A DNA stretch of 63,745 nt, counting the filler, from Piptocephalis cylindrospora (Eukaryota): NCBI GenBank assembly GCA_003614145.1. It is 28 parts of 28 records of this genome, joined end to end, with 100 filler letters (N's around TTAATTAATTAA, not from the genome) between each part and the next. Parts side by side here need not be neighbours in the genome. Positions count along the whole stretch, not along the records: positions 20,846 to 23,040 come from KZ989044.1; positions 23,141 to 25,224 come from KZ989045.1; positions 25,325 to 27,516 come from KZ989046.1; positions 27,617 to 29,807 come from KZ989047.1; positions 29,908 to 32,097 come from KZ989048.1; positions 32,198 to 34,385 come from KZ989049.1; positions 34,486 to 36,672 come from KZ989050.1; 21 more parts are not named here. One strand, written 5' to 3'. Under the pieces are notes generated by a model, which ran no database searches, was not told the origin of the DNA, and saw only the letters and a list, made by a program, of their open reading frames with translations. The position numbers were made by a program, and so were the translations under genes. Position 1 is the stretch's first letter. Each line of letters begins with the position of its first letter. Of this stretch, positions 23,023-35,466 are shown piece by piece.

Positions 23023-23862
23023 TGTATGGTCCAGGTAAGGNNNNNNNNNNNNNNNNNNNNNNNNNNNNNNNNNNNNNNNNNNNNTTAATTAATTAANNNN
23101 NNNNNNNNNNNNNNNNNNNNNNNNNNNNNNNNNNNNNNNNCCACCCCGAGCAGGAAGAGATCCCAGCAGGGAAGTTGGGGAAGAGCACGCAAATTGGAGA
23201 ATTACCCTGGGCTCAAGGCCCATCCCGGCATGAGTCCCGCATCCCATACAAAAGTAGAGGCGGATGACTGTATTGAGATGGTAAGATTTCTGAAGATGAT
23301 ATCTAAAACATGCTCTGATTAGCTACTTATCCTCCCTTCCATTTCTGGATGTTGCATAGGCTTTGGTCCCTGCCATGGATGATTTGGATGCCATTCCTCC
23401 CTTCTCTTCTTCTGATTCCTCTCCCACCTCGACCCCGGCCAATCCATGTGTGTAGGGCTCTTTTTTCCCCTTTCTCTTGTCCCACTTTCATTTCCCCCCT
23501 TTTCAGTTTCCCTCATTTCTCTATCCTTCTCTTTTTCTTTACTCCTCGTCCCTTCATCTGCCCTTGTTTCCCCCTTTCCCACCATCTTGGATGTCTCCAT
23601 TCCTCAGTTTGATTCTGTGATGGAGCCTTATGGCAGAATAGAGTGTACCGCCAAACTACCCTTTCCTCCCCTCTCCTCACTTAGAGGTCACACACCTATC
23701 CATCATCATTCCCTCGCATCCTCTTCCATACTGATAGGGGATGGAGGGGGGCACAAAAGATCCTTGTCAACCACTAGCGTCAATCCCTAAATACATTATC
23801 CTGTGCTTCATCCCTTCCCAATGGTCCTCTCCCCTCATATTCTGTCCTCTTCCATCGAATCT

Positions 23863-25166
23863 TTAGTCATCATCAGTAATGAAATCTTCTGAAGAGGGGA
23901 GCTTGACCGAGGGCCCCTCCACTCCGTCCTCAGGTTCGTTTGCATCTTCATACAACTCAGGAGCATCAATATACCGTTCCTGAACTTGGCCCACCCATCC
24001 AGTGGTGTCCTCGGTCCGTAAAGCCGTTAGGAGGATGCTGTCATTGGCGGGTTCGAGGCCTCCAAAGACATACCCATTGGCACGGTCCACAGCTTTAGCT
24101 ACTCGGGCCACAGAGTCCTTGTCAGAGATGTTCAAGAGTTCGTATCCGACTAGGGAGTAATCTTCTACGAGGTCGCAAAGTGCACGATTCAATTCAGGAA
24201 ATCGACCAGCCATCGGATCCTCGTCTAGTCGATCAGCTAGATAAGAAAGATCTTGAACCTCTGTATAGTAGTCAAGATTGAACGCTATCGAGAGGATGGG
24301 TGAGAAGAGGATAGGCCCGTTACTGCGAGATATGCGCACGTACCAAGTTGACCATAGGATCGAACAAGGTCGATCTTGGAAAGGACATTGATGTGAGGCA
24401 GTTCAATCTGCAGCATGGCCCTAAGAGAAAGAAGAAGAACTGAGATGTACTTTGCCGCGTCGGTACAATAGTGCGCATCGACCAGGTGGACCGTGCATAG
24501 CTAGTATGATCAAGGGGTCAGTTGATGAAGGGAGCATGAATATCTGGTTTAGACTCTCCTCACTTCCAAAGCACCATACCCGATAGTCCTTCTTGGTAAG
24601 TAGTTCAACAATCGATTTTATTCCTTGATGGTGGGTAAATAACTCCACCTGACCCGGGCAATCGATGAGAAGATAATCCTCTGAATAGGAGAGGAAAATA
24701 TGAGATGCGGGGCTGACGCTCCATCGCTCGCTCACTCACTCACTCACGTTCTTTCTCTAGAAGGGCTCAACCCACATACCTTTCAACTCCTTCAGACCCT
24801 CCATCAGCCAGGAAATGTTCTTTAGAAGGTACTCTATGCAAAAGATCACGCCTCCATTGGGTCCTAGGCCATACTCATCCATGACGTCCGAAAGTCGGAT
24901 CAGATCGGTCACGTCTAGAGCGCAAGGATAGGGCATGGAATCGTTTGCTGGATCCAAATTGACCACCGACACCTTTCTGTAGTGGAAGTGAAGTTGAGAA
25001 CAAGAATCGTAGAGAGGCCATGAGGCAAGGCAAGCCGTTACTTGAGATATGACGCTTATACAACGTGAACTCACCTTCCTAGTCCGGTTAGGAATTGTCG
25101 CATCCCCTCGCAGTACGTGCTTTTCCCCGAACCAGGGGGTCCAAGGATGAGTTGACCAAAGGGCAT
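23863..25166 (-). CDS. GPN2: GPN-loop GTPase 2 (multi-exon)
   Basis: [64 protein letters not shown] and [12 protein letters not shown], spread over several GT-AG-bounded exons. Confidence 0.93.
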
Positions 25167-25324
25167 GATGGGATGGAATAGGTGAAGATCTATATATCAA
25201 AGTGGGAGAAGGTGCAAGTAGAGTNNNNNNNNNNNNNNNNNNNNNNNNNNNNNNNNNNNNNNNNNNNNTTAATTAATTAANNNNNNNNNNNNNNNNNNNN
25301 NNNNNNNNNNNNNNNNNNNNNNNN

Positions 25325-25893
25325 AGGACGTGGCGCCTGATCACGTCTAGGAGGCTCTCGGCGGTCCTATCCTGCACGGTCTCGAGAAAAGCGCGTCTCT
25401 CGCTTGATCTCTCAACTCCACCAACAACCCAAACACCCTCGACACAATGCCCCTTGTTATACTTCCTCTTGCCAAACTTGGATTCGTCAATCTCCACCAC
25501 TACACCCTCGCCCCCCACCATAACGTCAGTAAATTGGACATTATCGGCCACTAACTTACGAAAATGGCCAAGGTATGCCGAGACGGTGCTTGTAGAATGT
25601 CCAGTGTACTGGACAATCCCCGAGGAAGGCATTCTCAGCAGCCAAAGGTAGGCAATTTGCATCACCTTGTTGACTGGAAGTTTGCCCTTGGCGAAGAAAG
25701 AGTCCTTAAACAGGGAAATCTTCCTCCGACAGGCCTTCCGACGACAGGTATAGCGTTTGCCATACCTTACGGTTGGTCCCTCACAAGCAGGGCAGGGGGG
25801 ATGGTCATACAAGATGCCATGCTCAAGAAGGAAGAGGATGCACACTTCCTCAGAGGAAAAAAGGTTGGAAAGAGAAGAAGCGGTAGGAAACAT
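25325..25893 (-). CDS. Merlin / IS1595-family DDE transposase (3' truncated)
   Basis: Zinc ribbon CPAC...CRRKAC, then SLFKDSFF, VGGEGVVVEIDESKFGKRKYNKGH.VEGVWVVGGVER and V.DRTAESL...IRRHV. Confidence 0.95.
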
Positions 25894-25992
25894 TGGGAAA
25901 GAGAGAGAAGAAGGCAGGCTACAGAACGCACAAAGAATCATTGCGCTGCGCCTTTTATAGAGCGAGCAGCACACATTCAAAAAGGTGTCCCC
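25325..25992 (-). mobile_element. Merlin DNA transposon, left end and 5' part (truncated by contig edge)
   Basis: The transposase ORF is preceded by about 100 nt starting GGGGACACC on the minus strand at 25992. Merlin termini typically begin with GG. The exact end is inferred. Confidence 0.75.
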
Positions 25993-25996
25993 TATA

Positions 25997-27514
25997 CTAA
26001 AGTTCAGCCACTCTCCATACCTCTTCAGCGATGGGGCACTCGGCAAACAAGTGGAGAACAGACTGGATGCAGGGACATCTGGGACAGTGGAATGCGGCAG
26101 GATCATCTGGGACTATGTGGGCTAGCCTGGGGCCGGTTGGGAGAGCATTATGGGCCACTTTCCACCCGAGATCTGAGGCTCTGCGGTCGCTCCACTTGGA
26201 CCAGAGATGGGCTAGTGAGAGGCAGGGGTAGCGGGTCTGGGACAACACCTCATTAGCGGACTGCGGGCGTTCTAGGGTCTTGAGGAGGTATGAACAAGTG
26301 GCAAGACGTAAGGGGCAGGGATCTTTCCCGGTAGGATGGAGGCCGAGGTCGTCCAGGGACAGGATGAGGGGGGTCAGTGATCGAGGAGGGGGAAAGGTAA
26401 AAGCAACTGGCCATCTGAGGAAGCATAAGCCCTGGAGGACGAGAAGGGTCCCTCCCAGCTTATAAACCAGTGAGGGGTGAAACACTAGACGGGGGCGGTA
26501 CCAAGTAGATCTTCCGTGGTCCCAGAGGTCCCACAGGGTCCTGACCCCATAATGTCTCGAGAAAGCGAGGAGGCGGGAGGGGGGAAGACAGGCGAATTCG
26601 GGGCGGTGGAGGATGGGCAGATGGAGGAGAAGCTGTGGGGACGGGAGGAGAAGGTCCCCAGAGTGCTTGCGCCATAATTTCATGACAGATTTCAGAACCA
26701 TCGGGAGGGAGCTGTGCCTGAGAGGCGGAGGGTTTTGGAGAAATGGGTCTACTAGCTGCATGCTCTCGTGATTGGCGTGGTAGCGAGGAGAGTAGGATAC
26801 TAGGGACACAAATAGACGCTGCCAAAGACCATGAGGGTGACGATAGAAGCGTCTGGGCCACTGGAGAAGCCGGGCTTGTAGCATACTCTTTACATCTGGG
26901 TATCCCAGGCCACCTTGACTCACGGGACGTAGACACACCTCCTTATTAATAGGTGCGCGTTTTCCAGGGCCCCATAGGAAGGACCAGCACTCCTTGTCCA
27001 GCGCTACAAGATCTTCACTCCGAGGGGGAATCAGGGCTGCCAAATGCCATACTTGGGAGAGGAGGAGAGATTTGATGACTAGAACCTTGCCTTTTAGTGA
27101 GAGGTGGTGGCGGCACAGCACTGAGGCACGGGCCTTGACCTTCGCGATGAGGGGAGGCCATGCTTGTTGTGCAGATTGAACACCTTGCCGTGTGAAAGGG
27201 AACCCTAGGTGGAGGATAGTTGTTTGGACGAGGGAAAATGGAGATGGATCCGCCGGGGGGGTACCGAAGGGAATGATAGAAGACTTGGTGTAATTGACCT
27301 TGGCATTAGATGCGCGGCAGTACAAGGAGAGAAGGTTGGAGAGATGGGGGAGAAGAGAGGGGTCCTCTAGCAAGACTACAGTGTCATCTGCAAACTGGAG
27401 GAGGCGTAGGTCGGTGAGCAGAGCGGGAGAGGATGGAGGGGGAAATGGAGGGGGGAGGGGCGGGGGAAGGGAGACACCACGGAGCAGAGGGTGACAATTA
27501 ATGGCGCATCGAAG
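25997..27514 (-). mobile_element. Non-LTR retrotransposon (L1/Tx1-like) ORF2, RT C-terminal half to zinc-binding domain (5' truncated)
   Basis: The frame is open from the contig edge: LQFADDTVV, ASNAKVNYTKS, HLGFPF, LSLKGKVLVIKSLLLSQVW, PVSQGGLGYPD and zf-RVT WKVAHNALPTG...CPRC...SVLHLFAECP...VW. Confidence 0.92.
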
Positions 27515-27782
27515 AGNNNNNNNNNNNNNNNNNNNNNNNNNNNNNNNNNNNNNNNNNNNNTTAATTAATTAANNNNNNNNNNNNNNNNNNNNNNNNNNNN
27601 NNNNNNNNNNNNNNNNGAGGATGATGTTTAGCCATGGTCCTCCCCCCCCCCCCCCCCCCCCCCCCCCTCCCTTTCTTCTTCCTTGTTTTTATTCCCACGA
27701 GGAAAAAAAGAGCGTTAAATTTTTTTTTTTTTTCTTCACCTCTTCCATCCCCCTTTTTTTTTATTTCCTTGTCTCCCCCCTT

Positions 27783-27816
<34 letters not shown>

Positions 27817-27854
27817 CTTCCGTCTCCCATTTGCACAGTCTTTTCGCCTTTGTC

Positions 27855-29200
27855 ATGGCCTGCCCCCCATCCCTAGATACACCCCCAAAGTACGACCGAT
27901 TGGTGATCACCTCGGGCAATATCATGCTTGACGGTGCCTCGGCATCCACCATCTTTCGTACCAGTGGACTTCGAGCCTCGGCTAACGAGGTAAATTGGGG
28001 AGAAACATGGTACGGTATGAATTGTCTATCTCTGACATGACACATTTTCTCTCTCTCCTCAGGTCTGTACCGTCTTGGATGAAGCTTTGAGCACAGCCCA
28101 TGATCGGGTCAAGCCATGGTGCCTGGATGATGCCAAGGGGATTTTGTATGTCCCAGATGATTGCCAGGTACGAAGATGCGATGTAAAGAAGCTAGCAACC
28201 AAGGAGGAGGAGGAGGAGGCTGAGCCCGAGCAAGTGATCATCGTCGGTAAGAAGGTACTTTTGGGATAGGAAAAAGAAGTACGATGCACGGACAAGGATG
28301 ATCATACTAACTTGGCCCGAACCTCATTTAGCCAAAATTTTCCTACTTTCCAATGCCCTTCCCCCTACCTTCTCTCCATCCAAGGATATCCCTTTCTTGA
28401 TTCAAACTTTGCATCGACAGCTTGATGGCTCGAGTTCGGGATCAGTCCTGGACAGTATCGTTCTCTCGGTCGACGGAATTACATATGATGAGATGGATGA
28501 TCAGGGTAGACAGGAAATTCCTTCAGTGTCATGGCAAGGCCTCTTGGATGTCTGGCAAGCGGTAGAGGCTCTCAAGAAGGATGGAAAAGTCTCTCGTATC
28601 GGAGTGAGTGAACTAAACCTTGGATCCCTCGAGAAACTCTCCAAGTCCGTTGAAGTAGGTTGGATAACAAGGGATGGCACCGTAAATCTCTTTCTTTGTT
28701 CTCTCGAGGCAAAGTGAACGAAACGCCATTCTCACATATCATTCTTTCGGATACAGATCCAACCGGATATTAATCATCTTAGTCTCAACGATTGCTGCGT
28801 CTTTCCTAAATCCTTGGTCAAGTATGCCAAGGAGCATCGTATTGAACTCCTTACCCATGGAGATGCCACCGGTAAGGGAAGGAGGACTAGAATATCATTT
28901 TTCCATACTTAAGCTCACATCACATCTTCCTGCGGGGAACAGCCATAATGCCAAAGGAATCCTTTGATGAACTGGTCAAAAAGCATCATTTAACTCCTGA
29001 ATCTGGTCTCATTCCCCGGTGGGTCACCAAGTACTCCTTGATTCATCCAGAGCGAAACGTGGTCCTTGATAAAGGGTAAGTGACATTGGAAGAAGAGGGA
29101 AGTGTATGCAATCATGACAATTGACAGCGCCCTTCTACTCCTTTTACACACGCGCACCTCCAGGTACATTGTCATTGCAGATACGCTAAAGAGATCGTAG
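27855..29200 (+). CDS. GCLM: Glutamate-cysteine ligase modifier subunit-like protein (aldo-keto reductase fold, multi-exon)
   Basis: LVITSGNIM, VWQAVEALKKDGKVSRIGVSEL, QPDINHLSLNDCCVFPKSLVKYAKEHRIELLTHGD and RWVTKYS...KG|YIV, separated by short GT-AG introns. Confidence 0.85.
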
Positions 29201-29502
29201 GATGAGGTGCGAGAACCATGGAGTGCTATGAGATGCGTTCAGGAATAGACGGGAATGGCCTTGTTGAAGGTGAAAAGATGAATCAGATCGTCCCCCTGCT
29301 TACTGTGTTGAAGAAACGAAGCACGTCCCATCTGTATTCCATTGCACTCCATCGTCTCCCTTTTCCCCATCTATTCTCACCATGACCAAGTCCATCTCCC
29401 CACTTGATCTCCATGTCATTCCACATCCCTCTTACTCTCCACCAAAGCGTGGTCATCATCCACTCCAGGCGCCTCCCTTCCCCTTTACCTCATCCATTTT
29501 TC

Positions 29503-29757
29503 TTACTCTTCGCCAGAGGAGGCATCATCACCACTAACCTCCAGGTTCTCCTTGGCAGCCTGGGCCATCATATCGGCCAGATCCTGCTCCTCGGACTCGC
29601 TGACAGCCTTGGGCTTCATCTTGACGTTAAGGTTACCACCCATCTTCCTGATCTCCTCAGTGATGGTGTTGATGGACTTTTCCAGGGTCTCAATACCCAA
29701 GGTCTTATCCAATGCCGAGGTAATCATGACATAGAGGGGAGGAGCCACCAGCTTGAC
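29503..29757 (-). CDS. SUI2: Translation initiation factor eIF2-alpha, last exon
   Basis: VKLVAPPLYVMIT.ALDK..GI..LE...GGNL.VKM.PKAVSE.E...L...M....KEN.EVSGDD, preceded by a TAG acceptor. Confidence 0.92.
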   Translation of the reverse strand, partial: VKLVAPPLYVMITSALDKTLGIETLEKSINTITEEIRKMGGNLNVKMKPKAVSESEEQDLADMMAQAAKENLEVSGDDASSGEE

Positions 29758-29907
29758 CTACCGATGTAGATAGACGAGGGAATGGGTAAGTATGGAAGTG
29801 AGAGGGGNNNNNNNNNNNNNNNNNNNNNNNNNNNNNNNNNNNNNNNNNNNNTTAATTAATTAANNNNNNNNNNNNNNNNNNNNNNNNNNNNNNNNNNNNN
29901 NNNNNNN

Positions 29908-32097
29908 CCCGTGCTTCCAAACGAAGATGGGCGGTGGGTAAGCGTTCCAGCCGGAGGAGAAGGGGAAAGCCTTGATGAAGCGTGCGGCCCAAGAGTTTGG
30001 CCCACCCAGCCCCCCGTTCCACTACTCTAGTGCGAGTGATGCGAGTGGCAATGAGATCTGTGAGCTTGGAGAAGGGCATACGAGCCTGTCTATCCTCCAA
30101 GGCATGTTCAACTTCTTCACGACACCATGGGATCTTTGCATGAGTATGTTGACCTATAGCCCCTTGCCCAAACCCGACGTCCAAGGGATCCTCTTCGAAA
30201 GGCGTATGGAACAGAGGCTCCTCAGCAGGAGACAGACCCTCGGATTCATGTAAATACACTGCATACTGATCCACCCAATCTCCTCTGTCTCCTTGAAGAA
30301 CGGGCCAGGTCATCCATGTGGCGACGGGCACAGTGAGGATCCAGTCTAACTGATGATACGACCTAGTTCCATCCCCATAGCCCCTGGCATAATTCAGTTC
30401 CCCGGTAATGCATAGCCCATCTTCAGATCCAATGGGCCACGGCGTCTGAGTAGAGGAGCCGACGACAGATGAGGAAGTAGAATCAAGTCCAATGACAAAA
30501 TGGACATCTCCAGACCAGGAAGTACCCTCCATGACTCTTCCCTGAACTCCTTCAGCTACTTCCTCAATCCCTGCCTCTTCTTCTTGCGGATCATGGCCAA
30601 GATCAAGGGCGCCTCGCGCATTCAATCCTTGTGGGAGAAGGTCATCTGAGGGAGAAAAAGTCATCTCCAGATCCTCGACATAACCTGGAGACGATCCAGT
30701 CGAAGAGGAAGGGCCTTTGACCTTGAGATGCGCTACCAATCTTGTAGCAGAAGGAGTAAAGGCAGGTGAAGCGAATGCAGAGGATGAACCAAAGGAGGAT
30801 TCCCAGGCCAAGTCATATGTCTTTTCATAGAGATGAAAGTGAGATCAAGGTAAAATGATTAGCTTTCATAAAAAAAGTTCTTGCTCCTCGTATCAGTTCC
30901 ACAAATAGAGAAATCTTACCAAAGCAAGATTGTCATCCTTGACCAAGGATAATCTCTTGGACTTGACTTCGACTTCTTGGGCGGCCTTCTGTTCTACCTT
31001 TTCAGTATCCTCGGAATTATCATCCTGGGCATCGGGGCTCTCCTTTACCATTTGTCTTTCTTCCTTTTCTACTAGTTTCTCCTCAAATTTTTGGTCCAGC
31101 CCCTCTCGCTCTTTTTCCTTGCTCTCCTTCACCACAGGATCCTCCAAGGTGGATTCATCGGGAGATGGCGCTTTCATATTCCCTCGCTCCTCTATCATAC
31201 TCTCATTTGCCCAGACGGAGGCGGACGTGGGTGATGATTTCACTGGTGGAATAGGTTGATCAGCTCTCGGAACTCCTGGCACTGAGGAGTTCTCAAAGCC
31301 CATGATAGGAGCTGCAGAAACTGGTATAGGTCCTCCCTCCCGGGGCACTTCTTTCCTCTCCTTCTTTTTCTTTCTTGGAGCACGACGAGAGTGAACGACG
31401 ATATCATCAATATCATCAGCCGTCTCTTTAAATCCTGGAGAGTTACTCACTAGAGGAGCAGGTCCCTCACTAGAGCTGGGTCCCCTCATGGCCCAGTCAT
31501 GCGTATTCGGGCCGTTTTTTGTTTCCCTTACCTCCATATCCTCCTCCTCCCTCCTCATTTTAGCTTCCTTCTTTTTCTTCTTCTCCTTTTTCTTCTTCTT
31601 CTTACTCTCCACCACTACATCCTCCTTTGTCCCAAGGGAGGCTTGATTGGTCATGTTCAGGGCCCAGAGGGTCTGAGATCTGCGTCGAGCCCTTTCTTCC
31701 TCCATTTCCATAGCTTTATCCTTGGCATAGGAGGGATAATAGCCTTCAGGAACGGAGCCAGCTCCAGAAATTATACCATTTCCAGGGGTGGAGGAGGAGG
31801 TAGTGGCGGCGGAAGGAGGAAGGGTAGATCCACGGATCTTTCTCCCTTTCGCAGCCTTACGTGCACTTGACAAAGGATCTTCCTCCCTCAGGTGGGAGGA
31901 AATGGGAGAAGAGCGGGAAGAGCTAACTTGAGATCGAAGATCCCCTTCCCTCATTGCCCCCGTCGAGTCAAGGGAAAGCTCGACAATAGGAATGGAGTCC
32001 ACATCCAAATGCCCCCCACGTTCATTGACCCTGAACTTTTGGGAGATGTTATCCTCGCCGAAATTTCTGTCCTTTTTTGGAAAGGTTTGTACAGATG
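29908..32097 (-). CDS. APL5: Probable AP-3 complex delta subunit, hinge and ear region (partial; intron 30821-30919)
   Basis: DVDSIPIVELSLD motif, a long Lys/Glu-rich hinge, and an ear-like C-terminal segment F..L...I......VVER....A.L.GRT..G. A 99-nt GTAAG...AG intron joins the two track ORFs in frame. Confidence 0.62.
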
Positions 32098-32197
32098 NNN
32101 NNNNNNNNNNNNNNNNNNNNNNNNNNNNNNNNNNNNNNNNNTTAATTAATTAANNNNNNNNNNNNNNNNNNNNNNNNNNNNNNNNNNNNNNNNNNNN

Positions 32198-33874
32198 CAC
32201 AGTACTCAAAGGAGTTGGGTTCTTCTTGCCATCGTAGGTGGCCACCATACTTCTCTTGCTAAAGGGATGCATGGTAGTGCCTAGTTGGATGGATGGATCG
32301 GTGGTCTTGCCGTCCTCTTTCTGACTCGGGACGTCGCGATGACCGAGGGGAACGTAGCCCCTCTTGGTGGGACCGACATAGACCTGTCTGGGCCTCCAGA
32401 TCTTACCCGCGGGATCCTGGCAGGATTCAACCCAATGGGCCAACCAGCCGGCCATGCGGGGGATGGCGAAGAGGACGGGGAACATGTCGGTGGGGAAGCC
32501 CATGGCCTTGTATATGAGGCCGGAGTAAAAGTCAACGTTGGGGTAGAGCTTACGCTTGACAAAGTACTCGTCCTTAAGGGCAGCTTCCTCGAGGGCGATG
32601 GCAACGTCGATGAGGGGCTCGCGACCGCAAATGTCAAAGACCTCGTAGGCGATCCTTCGGATGATCTTGGCGCGGGGATCGTAATTCTTGTAGACGCGAT
32701 GACCAAAGCCCATAAGCTTCTTCTTCCTCTCCTTGACCTGTTGAAGAAAGTCAGGGACGGCTTCGACGCCGCCAATGGACTCGAGCATTCGGAGGACGGC
32801 CTCGTTGGCCCCACCGTGCAGGGGACCGTAGAGAGCAGCAGAGGCTCCAGCGGCAGCGCTGTAGGGGTCGACGTGGGAGGAGCCGATGTGACGCATGGCG
32901 GCGGTGGAACAGTTGAGCTCGTGGTCGGCATGCAGGATAAAGAGGATATCGAGGGCACGAGCGAGCTTGGGGTTGGGGCGGTAGTTGGGTTCGGAGAGGT
33001 GATCAAGCATGTAGAGGAAGTTCTCAGCGTAGCTCAAATCCCTCTGAGGGGCATTGTAGGGACGACCGATGCGATGACGGTAGGCGTGGGCAGCGAGAGA
33101 GGGGGACTTGCCGAGGATACGGAAGATTTGCTTGTTGCGGACTAGACTGTCCTCGAGGTACATGTCGGAGCCGGCGAGGGCGGGGTTGGCCTCAGGATGG
33201 AAGGTGGACATGGCGGCTAGGCCGGTAATGAACATGCCCATGGGGTGGGCATCGTAGTTGAAGGCGTGCATGAGGTCAGAGACATTGGTGTGAAGGAAGG
33301 TATGGCGCATGACCTCATCGGAGAAATGGGCGAACTGGTCCTTGGATGGGAGCTCCCCGTAGATCAGGAGGAAGGCAACCTCGAGGTAAGTGGACTTTTC
33401 GGCAAGTTCTTCAATGGGATACCCACGGTACCGGAGAATGCCCTCGTCACCGTCAATGTAAGTGATACTCGACCGGGTAACGGCAGTATTTTGGAAGGCT
33501 GGATCATAGACCATGAGCCCGGGGCCTCCCGGGGGAGGGTAGGCGACCTGACCTTCCTCGTCTTCCTCCTTCATGATCTTGAACTTTGTGGCGTCAATGG
33601 TGTTACCGGGCTGGATAGGCACTTCGTACAACTGGTTGGTGCGGTTATCTAGGACGGTGAGGGACTTGGGGTTGGTGCTTCCTGGGAGAATGGCAAAGGA
33701 GGTGGGTCGAGTCGCGCCTCCACTCGGGGTAGGAACCGAGTATGTTTTTCCCGTGGCATTATCTTTGAGGGTAAAGTCCTGGGGGCTGGAGTTGGCCTTA
33801 GTAGCAGCAGCCTTGGCCTTGATAGTGGGAAGATGGCCAGAGAGCTGATTTAATCGATCCTTGGAAGGAGCCAT
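32198..33874 (-). CDS. Citrate synthase, peroxisomal/glyoxysomal type with PTS2 (3' end truncated)
   Basis: ATG at 33874 gives [15 protein letters not shown] (PTS2). Motifs [83 protein letters not shown] and IWRPRQVY. Confidence 0.96.
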
Positions 33875-35466
33875 GGTGAGAGGAATTGTAGAGGTTGTAG
33901 GGATGGAGAGAAGGATGAACAAGAAAGGGAGGGATGAGCGGGGCAGTGGGAGAGCGACCGTTTTATAGTCGTCCTCTCTAGTCTCCATCTCTCGCTCTCT
34001 CGAGACGTCCCGAACTTGGCCGACCAGAGTCCATCGGAAACTGAAGGAGAGGACGATGACACACATTCTCCGAGTAAGAGATGGCGGCACACGCCCCCTT
34101 TCTTCCCCTCCCAGAGGGCGACGCGTAGGGCATGATCAATGTGTGTCTATGTTGTGTGTGCAATGAGACGAGAGACAGGGCTTGGGTGGGAAAGAGGCAG
34201 CAGGACCCGCGTTTCTGAGGGAAGGACACTAGTAGGCGAGTATTATGCCTAGTGGGCAGAGAGGGGGGATGGGATAGAGACTGCGGATGCGAATGCGTAT
34301 GTGGGGGGAGGGAGGGAATGTGGGCATCATTATCAGAGGCGCACACCACGACGTCATGGGCTGGTGGGGAAGGTGGTTTGGGGGGNNNNNNNNNNNNNNN
34401 NNNNNNNNNNNNNNNNNNNNNNNNNNNNNTTAATTAATTAANNNNNNNNNNNNNNNNNNNNNNNNNNNNNNNNNNNNNNNNNNNNGGGCGAGTGGACGAG
34501 CGAGCGAGACGTGATGCAGGTGCAAGGGGGGAGACTGGGTAAAGATCAGCGTGAAGGGATGGGACAGAGGATAAGCGAGGTTAGGGGGGGAGGGGGGTAT
34601 GTGCGCAGGGAAGATCCTCGTCACCTGGATGACCGGGGGATATACCAGGCTAGGAAGGTGGGTTTCTCCGAGGAAGCAGGGCATACGCCATAGTTCTTTT
34701 TATCCGCTGCCCTTCCTCTCAGACCCTTGAGCTACTGTAGGATGGGATGAGGTGCAGGAAGGATGACTAAAGGGAACAAGAACAGACGGTTGAAATGACG
34801 TTTAAAGGAGAGGGTGATATGTGGAATAATGATCTGCAAAGAAGCGCGTACATCCTTTCCTACATTTACACCCAAAGCCTAACTTCACCAGTCCTTTGCC
34901 ATTGACGTATCTACACCAATGACCTAGGAAACGGCGCCATATGAGCGCCTTCTCCCTCGTATCTAGATTGCGCCTGTGTGTCACCCGGACAAACGTCAGT
35001 GGGATCCACGCACCCCTGTCTACNNNNNNNNNNCTGTCTACCGCGATGATGGTTATTTTATCCCCGGTCAAGCCGATCGTCGTCGTGGATATTAGCAAGG
35101 GAGAGGATGAGGAGGGTGCGTTCGAGGCGTCTGGTAAGGCTCTAGTGAAGAGGGAGACGGGATGCGGTCTAGTGCACCACCGACGCTGGAGGGCTCCATA
35201 TGCATGGCCTTGCGTGCAAAGAGACATTGGATTTTCTAGAAGAAAAAGGCTTTAGTGTATCATTATGGCGACATGGGTGGGTCTATTTCGTAATCCCCTG
35301 GTCTATCAAGAAGGAAGGGGGATCCACTTGAAACATTCCGAAAATAGACCGAGCCTAGTGAATCTCACCACCGCTATCCAATGATTGCACCCTTATCCCT
35401 TTCCCATGAACCAGGAAAAGTATCATAATTGGGGGACACCCCATATTTATTTCATCCCACCCAACC

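Noticed and set aside
23141..23454. Possible last two exons of a plus-strand gene convergent with GPN2
   Set aside because: Splice signals are plausible (GTAAG at 23281, TAG near 23359), but the peptide is short and unrecognisable.
33875..34090. 72-aa N-terminal extension of citrate synthase in the ORF track
   Set aside because: CT-rich, UTR-like sequence; the ATG at 33874 places the PTS2 at its normal N-terminal position.
35016..35041. CTGTCTAC duplicated on both sides of a 10-N gap, resembling an 8-nt target-site duplication
   Set aside because: A fixed 10-N scaffold gap with overlapping ends is the simpler explanation; no element sequence is visible.
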